Shown here: piece after piece, positions 9,403 through 18,464 of the stretch
Layout of the letters: the number at the start of each line of letters is the position of its first letter
How positions within the stretch are numbered: the stretch's first letter is position 1
Origin: a virus
UHGV virus genome: UHGV-0126725
Length of the DNA: 64,000 bases
Direction: 5' to 3' (one strand)
Notes under the pieces: model-generated
What the model was told of the DNA's origin: nothing
Database searches by the model: none
Seen by the model: only the letters and a program-made list of their open reading frames with translations
Translations under genes and position numbers: made by a program

Positions 9403-9606
9403 ATGGAAGAATATTTGTGTCAATATTCATGCCAATTCTGTATTTGGAATGAATATTGTGAAGACGAACAACCTTGTGATTTTTATGATGACGGACAAGA
9501 TAAAATTAATCTGTCAGATTTAGAAATCGAAAAACATATTGAAGATGAAAGAACAAAATATAGAAATGAATATAAAGAATATTTAAAGGAGTTTTATTTA
9601 GGATGA
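9403..9606 (+). CDS. Small Cys-rich protein
   Basis: CQYSCQFC plus two more Cys; AGGAG RBS. Confidence 0.7.
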   Translation: MEEYLCQYSCQFCIWNEYCEDEQPCDFYDDGQDKINLSDLEIEKHIEDERTKYRNEYKEYLKEFYLG

Positions 9607-10694
9607 AAGATATAAATTTTATTTCAAGAAACGACAGGAAGTATTATCGATTAAGCGATTTTAAGAAATATATCCGCGAACTCAATATACAATATTCGGT
9701 AAAAAAAGCAAAAGCTGAATATATTCTTGAGGCGGCAGAAGATGGTATTACTTATCGTTATATAGATTTGGAAAATCTGAAGAAGATTGCAAAATATAAT
9801 TTTGATTGCAATGATTATCGACATACAGTTGGAGAACAGTTATTTGAAATTATTGGGGAGTTCGAGACTGAGAGCAATTCTCAACAAGAAAATATACCTT
9901 TCTCTAATACTGAAAGTCAAAATGAAGCATCTAATATTTTAAAATCTTTTGTATCTCAAAAATTTGGGGTGTTGCGTGTTGTGATTCAAAATGACAATCT
10001 TTGGTTTGTTGGCAAAGATGTTACTGGTATTCTTGGCTATACAAATCCAAGCAAAGCATTGTCAGACCATGTTGATGATGAAGATAAACTCAATAACGAA
10101 TCGTTATCGAGTTTAGGACAGCGTGGTGGTTGGCTCATTAATGAAAGCGGGCTTTATTCACTTATATTGTCCAGCAAACTACCTACTGCCAAGGAATTCA
10201 AGCGTTGGGTTACAGCAGAGGTATTACCATCTATTCGCAAGCATGGAGCATATGTAGATTCTCAGACATTAGAGAAGATGATTAGTTCTCCTGAATTTGG
10301 GATTAAGCTGTTGACCGCATTAAAAGATGAACGTGAAAAGAATAAGAAAATTCAGGAAGAAAATAATCATCTTACTGTTGCTAATAAGATTCTTTCTCGT
10401 CGGTCAGCAACATGGGATAACAAGAGAATTGTGTCTGCCTGCATGAGAACATTAGCTGCATTCCGTCTAAATGGCGACTGTCAGTTTGCTTATAATATTT
10501 TGTACAAAGAACTTCGCTATAAAAAAGGAATTTGTTTGAGGAATCGTAGTGGTGCAAATCATCTAATTGATCGGATTCACGAAGATGAGTGGAAAGATGT
10601 TATGGAAGTTGTGGCAGGAATTTTTGAGCGGAATGGACTTGATATTGCAAGAACTATCAATGAAGTTAATGCAGAAAGGGTGACAAAGGCATGA
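9603..10694 (+). CDS. Bro-N domain antirepressor
   Basis: WFVGKDV...INESGLYSLILSSKLPTAKEFKRWVT. Confidence 0.9.
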   Translation: MKDINFISRNDRKYYRLSDFKKYIRELNIQYSVKKAKAEYILEAAEDGITYRYIDLENLKKIAKYNFDCNDYRHTVGEQLFEIIGEFETESNSQQENIPFSNTESQNEASNILKSFVSQKFGVLRVVIQNDNLWFVGKDVTGILGYTNPSKALSDHVDDEDKLNNESLSSLGQRGGWLINESGLYSLILSSKLPTAKEFKRWVTAEVLPSIRKHGAYVDSQTLEKMISSPEFGIKLLTALKDEREKNKKIQEENNHLTVANKILSRRSATWDNKRIVSACMRTLAAFRLNGDCQFAYNILYKELRYKKGICLRNRSGANHLIDRIHEDEWKDVMEVVAGIFERNGLDIARTINEVNAERVTKA

Positions 10695-11863
10695 ATAATA
10701 CTAAAGTTGATCCAATAATTTACCTTGATAATGCAAGCACAACAAAACCTTCCCGTTTTGTAATAGATGCAGTTCTTACAGAAATGTATGAGCAATATGG
10801 TAATCCGAGTAGTTTACATGATATTGGTCGAAAGGCAAAAATCGCTGTGGAAGAGTCCAGAAAAATTATTGCAGATTCCATTGGAGCAAAACCGTCAGAA
10901 ATTTATTTTACATCGGGTGGCAGTGAAAGTGACAATCTTGCTTTGCGCGGCATTGTGCCTCATCTTAAAGAAATTGGACGCACTACAATTATAACAAGCC
11001 TTATTGAACATCCTGCGGTTCTAAATACTTGCAAAAATTTAGAGAAAGACGGACTTAAAGTTATATATATGCCAGTGGATCAAGACGGACGTGTTGATAT
11101 TGAGGAACTTGATAAGGTTATGAGCCAGAACAAAGATGATATCGGTTTGGCATCTATTATGGCAGTAAATAATGAGGTTGGTTCTATCCAATTGATTGAT
11201 GATATTGGAGATTTATGCCAAGAGTATGGCGCAATTTTTATGACTGATGCTGTTCAGGCATTGGGACATATTCATTTGGACGTAAACAAAAGTCATATTG
11301 ATTTAATGGCGATGTCTGGACATAAAATTCATGCCATGAAAGGAATTGGAGCTTTATATGTCAGGAATGGAATCAAACTAACCTCTCTCATTACTGGTGG
11401 TGGTCAGGAAAATCATCTTCGTGCTGGAACAGAAAATGTGCCGGGCATAATATCTATGGGTAAAGCTGTAGAGCAACTAAATAGAAGAATTAATATTAAT
11501 ACAGCTTACTATGAGTATTTGCGCGATCTTTTCTTCTCTGAACTAAATCTTCTTGATGTTTACTATATAGAAAATTGTAGTGGTGGAGTTCCCCATATTA
11601 TTAGTCTTACCATACCAAAGTGCGAAAGCGAAGCTATGCTGCTGCTTCTAAATCAAAAAGGTATCTATATATCTGCTGGGTCGGCATGTACGGCTGGTTC
11701 ACTTGAACCTTCACATGTTTTGAAAGCTTTACATTTAAGTGATCAAGACGCGAGCTGTACAATTCGTATTTCAATGAGCATGTATAATACTTCAAATGAT
11801 ATGATTCGAACAGCACACGCAATTTCTGATTGTGCTCAACAGCTTCAGTCCATGCTGGAATAA
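10691..11863 (+). CDS. iscS: Cysteine desulfurase (IscS/NifS family)
   Basis: YLDNASTT, TSGGSES, EHPAV, SGHK (PLP Lys), GGGQE, SAGSAC (catalytic Cys). Confidence 0.95.
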   Translation: MNNTKVDPIIYLDNASTTKPSRFVIDAVLTEMYEQYGNPSSLHDIGRKAKIAVEESRKIIADSIGAKPSEIYFTSGGSESDNLALRGIVPHLKEIGRTTIITSLIEHPAVLNTCKNLEKDGLKVIYMPVDQDGRVDIEELDKVMSQNKDDIGLASIMAVNNEVGSIQLIDDIGDLCQEYGAIFMTDAVQALGHIHLDVNKSHIDLMAMSGHKIHAMKGIGALYVRNGIKLTSLITGGGQENHLRAGTENVPGIISMGKAVEQLNRRININTAYYEYLRDLFFSELNLLDVYYIENCSGGVPHIISLTIPKCESEAMLLLLNQKGIYISAGSACTAGSLEPSHVLKALHLSDQDASCTIRISMSMYNTSNDMIRTAHAISDCAQQLQSMLE

Positions 11864-11886
11864 CTCCACAATGAAATGATAATTCT

Positions 11887-12363
11887 ATGAAGAAATTTTA
11901 TATTGTAGAAGAAGGATCGAAATTATATCAAGATTATAAAGATTGGATAGATACTTATTTGAAAAATAATAAAAGAATTTTTGACTTTATGAGAGAACAT
12001 AGAATTTACGCTACAGAATATTTCTCAAATAATTATCGTTTTGGAATTGTGCCAAAGGTATTTGATGATGAAAAGTTTGGAAACCAGTTTATAAAGCATA
12101 TATATCCACATGGATTAAGACTTTTTAAAAAGAATTCCTTTATCGGAAAAAACTGGGTAAAATATGCATCTACAATGAAATTTCCTATCTACCCCTCCCC
12201 TGCTCGGTATAACGAATATTATACAGATCGTGATTCTTCAGAACTATTATATTATGATGGTTTACTATATGCTTCTATTGATGCTGAAAATATTTCAGTT
12301 CCAGACACGATATTTCATGAGATTCAAGAAAGCGAATTTTATAAAATAATGGAGGACTTATAG
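11887..12363 (+). CDS. Hypothetical protein
   Basis: ORF within the operon. Confidence 0.7.
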   Translation: MKKFYIVEEGSKLYQDYKDWIDTYLKNNKRIFDFMREHRIYATEYFSNNYRFGIVPKVFDDEKFGNQFIKHIYPHGLRLFKKNSFIGKNWVKYASTMKFPIYPSPARYNEYYTDRDSSELLYYDGLLYASIDAENISVPDTIFHEIQESEFYKIMEDL

Positions 12364-12810
12364 ATGATCAAAATTTTTGATGGTGATTTGTTGGACGCAA
12401 AGGAAACTTATATTGTTCATCAAGTGAACTGTTATGGAGAAATGGAATACGGAATAGCTTTGCAGATAAAGAACAGGTATCCAGATGTATATCGCCGATA
12501 TCAAGATTATTGCAATGAACATCCAGCAAAAAATTTAATTGGAAGAATACTTTTGATTCCTACATATGACGGGAAAATTATTTGTAATATATTTGGTCAA
12601 GAAAAAATTTTTTATGGAAAGCAGTTTACAAATATTTCTGCTTTAAGCAGGTCTTTTAAAAGTCTTTCCAAAATTGTTCCTCGGTTTGAGACAATTGCAA
12701 TGCCATATTTGATTGGTTGCGAAAAAGGCGAAGCAAGCTGGGAAATTATTTATCCCATTATTCAGAATATATTTGCAAAGCATACAGTTGTTTTATATAA
12801 GCCTATATAA
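12364..12810 (+). CDS. Macro domain protein (Poa1/TARG-like)
   Basis: GDLL...IVHQVNC...GIA...AMPYLIGC. Confidence 0.85.
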   Translation: MIKIFDGDLLDAKETYIVHQVNCYGEMEYGIALQIKNRYPDVYRRYQDYCNEHPAKNLIGRILLIPTYDGKIICNIFGQEKIFYGKQFTNISALSRSFKSLSKIVPRFETIAMPYLIGCEKGEASWEIIYPIIQNIFAKHTVVLYKPI

Positions 12811-12843
12811 CAATAAAATCAATATGTTCAAGGAGGAAATTCA

Positions 12844-13218
12844 GTGAAATGTGAAATTTGTGGTAAAGAAATTGAACAAAGTCAATATAGTAATGCTATA
12901 CTTTGCAGCTCGACATGTTTTGAAACACATTTTTGGAAAAAAATTATTGAAGAGAAAGATCAGCATATTATCATAAATGGAAAATGTTTTTGTGATGGTG
13001 GAGAAGTAAAGTATCCTGATCGGTATTCGTTTTTAGGATTTGCTGGTCGTAGATTTTGGATTAGATTTTTTAATGGAAAGGAAATCACAACAAATAACCT
13101 CTGGTTTCAGGGAGATATTCCCGATGAGTTTAGAATTGAGCTTTCAGATAATGCAGAGTTTTATACACCAGAACATGTTAATTTTGGAGACTCTTTGATC
13201 GGTGGTGAAACATATTAA
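12844..13218 (+). CDS. Zn-finger hypothetical protein
   Basis: CEIC...CSSTC; AGGAGG RBS. Confidence 0.7.
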   Translation: MKCEICGKEIEQSQYSNAILCSSTCFETHFWKKIIEEKDQHIIINGKCFCDGGEVKYPDRYSFLGFAGRRFWIRFFNGKEITTNNLWFQGDIPDEFRIELSDNAEFYTPEHVNFGDSLIGGETY

Positions 13219-16200
13219 TACAAATGCAATTTATATACCTTCTTTGGATGGAAAAGATATCTATATTTCAAATCATTTAGATCCTAAAAACGGATATAGA
13301 TTAAGAAATAAAAACGGCAACTTAAATATGTCTCGGTTTATCAATACCTTAGATTATAGTCTTGATTTAAATAAATTACGGCAAGTACATAAAAATATTT
13401 TCCCTGTTGCAGATACGAATCAGTTAGAAACGGTTTTTTCATTTGATAATAAAGAGCAAGTTTATAATGAATTTAATTCTAGGGGAAAAGAATACTCTTA
13501 CCAAGTTATCAATGTTACCTTCAAGTATAGTAATAAGGAATTCAACAGAGTGCGAAATTGTTATTATATTCGTTTTGGATATAGACTTGAAGATTTGGAA
13601 TTTAGAGATTGTATTGCTTGGGACAATGACGAAGTGGTTGGCGTTTTAACTGGCGAACCGGTTAGTACCCCTCTTGATAAAGATAAACTAACATATTTTG
13701 AATTGAAAAATGGGACATATCAAGCTAAAACTAATATCTTAACAAAAAATAGTGTTGCAGATATTCGTGCCGACATTTATGAAAATGGGTTCATATGTGA
13801 AGGAATTAAATATGTTCGTTTTAAACGAAGCTCTGGTTCAAGTCGTGTTGGGAAATGTTTGTTTATTAACGAAAAACTATATGATGCTATGCACGAATGG
13901 GAAATGTGTGGTATTAAGGTAAATGAAGGACAAGATATTGATTTAGCTGCTCTAGAACCTTATATTGCATTAACTCTCAGTAGTATCATTGATACAATTC
14001 AGATTAGACCGGAAAATATTTTAGTTATAGATGATTATGAAAGTATTTTTCACGAAAAAGCTATTGCTACAAAACTAGTAGATGGATGGCTTGTATCAAA
14101 ACCGGAAGATGTAGAAATTGCAAATAGCATTTGGGACGGACAATCTTTAATGGATCGAAGTCTATTTGGAGAGTATTCAAATAAGGGAATGCTTTTATTG
14201 CGAGCTAGGTTCTTTAAATCTTGTTGTTTTAATACAAATATTCAGCAATGGTTTGCTGATCATGGAATTAAAAAAATTAGCCAACTTAACGGGTATACAA
14301 GAGCAAAAAAAATAGAAGATGTTAAATTGATTACCACACCGAGTTCTATTAAGTATCTCAAATTTGGATCATTAGATCAGTGGCTTGATACTTTAGAAAC
14401 AACTTTTGGTATTGTAAAGTATGAAAAGAAAACACATTTTTTTGATGGTCGTATGGTTCAAACACATTATCAGTTAATTAACACATTGCAGATGACTTAT
14501 GATGAGGTTGAGAAATTTATTCAACCATCATTAGAATATGTAAAAATGATTAAGACTGATCCCGCTATTTTACGTCATCAAATTAGTTATCAGTACCAGT
14601 CCCCAGATGATGTCTTTTATACAAAAGCAGTTACATCTAAAAATGACATCATTTACAAGTTATTAGGGTTAAATGATAGATTTTCAAAAACAAAAATGTA
14701 TCGTAATTTTTGTAATGATTTGATTAAATCTTTTATTAAAAATTTGCGTTGCGGTCATGTTTTGGTTCATGGAAATTATAGCACATTATGCGGCAATCCA
14801 ATTGAAATGTTAAAAATGGCAATTGGACAATTTGACGGTATATCGATTATTAAAAAAGGAACAGTTCATTGTACAATGTTTGAAGACGGGAAGGAATTAC
14901 TTGGTTCTAGAAGCCCACATGTAACAATGGGGAATATTTTGGTTTCTCAAAATGTAATTCACCCAGAAATTGCTCGCTACATGAATCCTACAGATGAAAT
15001 TGTATATGTCAATAGCATTCAAGAAAACTTGCTTGAACGGTTAAGTGGCGCCGATTTCGATTCTGATACAGTAATGTTGACTGATAATGAAATTCTTGTA
15101 AATGCTGCAAAACGAAATTATGATAATTTCCCTGTTCCAACTAAGTTAGTTGAGTCAGTTAAAACAAGACGAAAATATACTAATCAGGAAAAGGCAGATT
15201 TAGATATTAAGACCAGTGTAAATAAAATTGGCGAAATTATTAATTTATCACAGGAACTTAATTCTATCCTCTGGGATCGAGTTAATAACGGAGCAACTAT
15301 TGATGATGTAATGGAATTATATTGTGATATTTCACAATTGGATGTTATGAGTAACCTTGAGATCGATTCGGCGAAGAGAGAAAATCCTGCCAATAATACT
15401 CGTGAATTACAATTGTTGAAAACCAAATATGATGTTCGCGACAAGAAAAATCGTCATATTCGGCCGCTTTTTTTTAAATATATTGATGGATACAAAGGTT
15501 ATAGAAAAGATTATTACGTATACATAGAACAGGATGATGAATTTCAAAAGTTGTTCAGGACAGATAATTATAAAGAAGCATATGGAATTAAAAGACAATC
15601 TATAAATAACATTGTAGTTGAACGTGGAAGAATGTCTTATCGGAAACATGAAACTTCAATGGACTATTTGCAAAAGTGTATAAATCGGTTTTATATGCCT
15701 CGCGATAAGGAAGCCAATCATGGACTTTCATATATTCTTATTCCCATTAGTGCTACTTCTGGAATTTATCAAAAAGATGTTGAAGAAAAAATTATAGAAA
15801 TTGCAAGAGCAGCAAAAAAAGAAATAAGCTTAATATGGGAAAATACAGGATTAAATAAAAAAACGAAAAGAGAATTGGCATATGAAATTCAAAAAAAATG
15901 CTCTGAGGCATTACAAAAGGTTCCGATTAATGAAAAAACAATGAGGAAACTACTTGGAAAATTAGAGCATGAGTATTTAGATATATCAAGATTTTTATTT
16001 TATTTACTATTAGAACAAGTACATGGTTTCATGTTATCAGGGTTTTACCAGATCATTCAAAAAAGTACATCTACGGTAAGTATATTACAAGAAGATAAAG
16101 AAGGAGATTTGCAGATATATGAATTTCATTATTTTAAAATCCAAAGCGAAAGTGAGGATTATGACTTGAATTATAATAACCAAGAAGAATTTGCAGGATA

Positions 16201-16387
16201 TGTGAATTGCTTTTTGAAAAAATATGGGATTTCACAAAAGTGGCTATCCGAACAGCTTGAAATCAGTAAAACAGTTTTAAGCGACTTTTTGACAGGTAGA
16301 CAAAAGTTATCAAAAAGTAATTGCTATAACCTTATTTCTTTCATAAAAACATACGAAAGCAACATGAATTGGCTTGAAATTAAGTAA
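13202..16387 (+). CDS. yonO: YonO-like single-subunit RNA polymerase with C-terminal XRE HTH
   Basis: RSSGSSRVGKCLFI, WDGQSL, RSPH, LSGADFDSD, IDSAKRE; SPbeta-like position. Confidence 0.88.
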   Translation: MVKHINTNAIYIPSLDGKDIYISNHLDPKNGYRLRNKNGNLNMSRFINTLDYSLDLNKLRQVHKNIFPVADTNQLETVFSFDNKEQVYNEFNSRGKEYSYQVINVTFKYSNKEFNRVRNCYYIRFGYRLEDLEFRDCIAWDNDEVVGVLTGEPVSTPLDKDKLTYFELKNGTYQAKTNILTKNSVADIRADIYENGFICEGIKYVRFKRSSGSSRVGKCLFINEKLYDAMHEWEMCGIKVNEGQDIDLAALEPYIALTLSSIIDTIQIRPENILVIDDYESIFHEKAIATKLVDGWLVSKPEDVEIANSIWDGQSLMDRSLFGEYSNKGMLLLRARFFKSCCFNTNIQQWFADHGIKKISQLNGYTRAKKIEDVKLITTPSSIKYLKFGSLDQWLDTLETTFGIVKYEKKTHFFDGRMVQTHYQLINTLQMTYDEVEKFIQPSLEYVKMIKTDPAILRHQISYQYQSPDDVFYTKAVTSKNDIIYKLLGLNDRFSKTKMYRNFCNDLIKSFIKNLRCGHVLVHGNYSTLCGNPIEMLKMAIGQFDGISIIKKGTVHCTMFEDGKELLGSRSPHVTMGNILVSQNVIHPEIARYMNPTDEIVYVNSIQENLLERLSGADFDSDTVMLTDNEILVNAAKRNYDNFPVPTKLVESVKTRRKYTNQEKADLDIKTSVNKIGEIINLSQELNSILWDRVNNGATIDDVMELYCDISQLDVMSNLEIDSAKRENPANNTRELQLLKTKYDVRDKKNRHIRPLFFKYIDGYKGYRKDYYVYIEQDDEFQKLFRTDNYKEAYGIKRQSINNIVVERGRMSYRKHETSMDYLQKCINRFYMPRDKEANHGLSYILIPISATSGIYQKDVEEKIIEIARAAKKEISLIWENTGLNKKTKRELAYEIQKKCSEALQKVPINEKTMRKLLGKLEHEYLDISRFLFYLLLEQVHGFMLSGFYQIIQKSTSTVSILQEDKEGDLQIYEFHYFKIQSESEDYDLNYNNQEEFAGYVNCFLKKYGISQKWLSEQLEISKTVLSDFLTGRQKLSKSNCYNLISFIKTYESNMNWLEIK

Positions 16388-16529
16388 ATTTACGGATTTT
16401 TTTCCGTAAAAATAGACTTTATATTCAAAGAAAATCTTTAATATTGCCCCAAAATGGGGATATTTATTGGATTTAGCTAACTGCTCCTAAGGGTACAACA
16501 ACTAAATACCCTAATATTATGGACTTTTA

Positions 16530-16781
16530 ATGGTTCAAATTTATTGTGAAGGAATGAAAAAATTGATATCTATTACGAAACCAGAGTCAGAGAGGGTGCG
16601 CGAAGTATATCCACGTGCAGAAATTGTACGTACTTGTATTCAAAAGAGTAAACGTCATCATTATTATTTGCCAGAGGAAGAAAAATACTTACGTTTGATT
16701 ATAGATACAAATGATGCTGCGTCTATTATTTGTAAACAAATTGATCAAATGCGTGAGCGCAGACGCAAATACCGTCACTGA
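16530..16781 (+). CDS. Small basic hypothetical protein
   Basis: ORF; probable start TTG 16563. Confidence 0.6.
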   Translation: MVQIYCEGMKKLISITKPESERVREVYPRAEIVRTCIQKSKRHHYYLPEEEKYLRLIIDTNDAASIICKQIDQMRERRRKYRH

Positions 16782-16793
16782 TGGAGGTATCGA

Positions 16794-17432
16794 ATGAAAA
16801 CAAAAGGATTTTATGATATTGATATGGAAATTAACGAAGAAACACTTCTGAAGTATTCGGGGGTAGATGAGTTTTTCTATTTGCGTAATTTGCAAAATAG
16901 AAAGCTATATCTTTCAGAAGATATTGATGAGTATATTATTGATTCAGTCGTGCGTCACATCTTACAATATAATGCTGATGATAAGGGTTTACCTGTTGAA
17001 GAAAGAAAACCTATTTTGTTGTATTGTTCTTCTAATGGGGGTTCCGTTGATGCTGGATTTGAATTAATTGATGTCATCATGCAAAGTAAAACTCCAGTGT
17101 ATACTATAAATCTTGGATATCAATATTCTATGGGATTTTTAATTGGTCTTGCTGGTCATAAACGTTTTGCTTCTAAGTCAGCAAAATTTTTGCTTCATGA
17201 TGGGACAAATGTAATTATAAATTCTGGAACAAAAGCGCAAGATCAGATGGAATTCAATAAGAAAATTGAGCAGCGTATCAAAGAATATGTACTTGATCGA
17301 ACATCTGTCACTAACGACGAATACGATAAACATTTAAGAACTGAATGGTACTTATTTGCAGATGAAGCAAAACAATGGGGTATGACTGATTATATTATTG
17401 GCGAAGATTGTGTCCTTGATGATGTCGTATAA
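16794..17432 (+). CDS. clpP: ClpP-like protease subunit
   Basis: SNGGSV, YSMG (Ser), LLHD (His), EWYLFADEA. Confidence 0.85.
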   Translation: MKTKGFYDIDMEINEETLLKYSGVDEFFYLRNLQNRKLYLSEDIDEYIIDSVVRHILQYNADDKGLPVEERKPILLYCSSNGGSVDAGFELIDVIMQSKTPVYTINLGYQYSMGFLIGLAGHKRFASKSAKFLLHDGTNVIINSGTKAQDQMEFNKKIEQRIKEYVLDRTSVTNDEYDKHLRTEWYLFADEAKQWGMTDYIIGEDCVLDDVV

Positions 17433-17442
17433 AGGTGATTGA

Positions 17443-18153
17443 ATGGCAACAAAAAAGAAGAATATTATAGATTTTTCACAGGAGAAGCCAATAGATTTAA
17501 GTCAAAATCCGTTTTATGGCTTTGATCTGGATGCCGAACAATTACATTTTGCTAATTCCATATGGAGTTCAGATATTGACATCGTTTTTTGTAATGCGAA
17601 AGCTGGTACTGGTAAAACAACTATTGCAGTTGGTGTTGCAAATATGTTGGTTCAATATGGTGATTATGATGAGATAATTTATATTATGTCTCCGTATGGT
17701 GAAAGAAAACAAGGATGGCTTCCGGGTTCTATAACTGAAAAAAGTTCTGTATATTTTGAAGCTTTTTATCAGGCGTTATTAGATTGTAATGTTAATTTAA
17801 ATACTGCTATTAACACTGATAGCATGGTAAATCAAAAGAACGGAACCGCATATATAACTTGCATTACCGATACTTTTCTAAGAGGTTCAAATTTAAATAA
17901 TGCTGTTATTATCATTGATGAAGCACAAAATTATACCGTTGCACAGTTAAAGAAGGTATTAACCAGAGTAGGAAAACAAGCTAAAGTAATTGTGATAGGG
18001 CATGAATTACAATGTGATTTAGAAAATCCTGCTGAAAGCGGGTTTATAAAATATATAAATCACTTCTCTGGAAAAGACAGAGCTGCTATTTGTAATCTGA
18101 GTAAAAATTATCGCAGTTGGATTAGTCAATATGCAGATGAGCTAAAAGAATGA
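17443..18153 (+). CDS. phoH: PhoH-family ATPase
   Basis: AGTGKT, LPG, FLRG, DEAQN, LTRVG. Confidence 0.92.
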   Translation: MATKKKNIIDFSQEKPIDLSQNPFYGFDLDAEQLHFANSIWSSDIDIVFCNAKAGTGKTTIAVGVANMLVQYGDYDEIIYIMSPYGERKQGWLPGSITEKSSVYFEAFYQALLDCNVNLNTAINTDSMVNQKNGTAYITCITDTFLRGSNLNNAVIIIDEAQNYTVAQLKKVLTRVGKQAKVIVIGHELQCDLENPAESGFIKYINHFSGKDRAAICNLSKNYRSWISQYADELKE

Positions 18154-18251
18154 TTTCATAGAATATTAAGCGTTCCTATTCGCTTTATCTTGTGGATCGT
18201 TTTCAAAATAACAATAAATACAATTAACATTTTGATTAGAGGTATTAAATT

Positions 18252-18437
18252 ATGATTAATAATTTTATTTGTGACAACTGTAACCATTATATGGTTTGTG
18301 AAAAATTAAAGACATTGATGAAGTTTCATGAAAGTGCAAAAAAAGATCTGTTAATAACACTTACTATGGAAAGTTGTATGGACTATGAGGCCGTTTCCGA
18401 TCATGACGCGGAAGCCGATAATATAAATGACGGGTAA
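18252..18437 (+). CDS. Small Cys-rich hypothetical protein
   Basis: CDNCNHYMVC; GAGGT RBS. Confidence 0.65.
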   Translation: MINNFICDNCNHYMVCEKLKTLMKFHESAKKDLLITLTMESCMDYEAVSDHDAEADNINDG

Positions 18438-18464
18438 TTATTATATTTAAGGGGAGCGATAAAA

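Noticed and set aside
10691..11863. dndA of a phosphorothioation operon
   Set aside because: No dndBCDE or ssp genes in the window.
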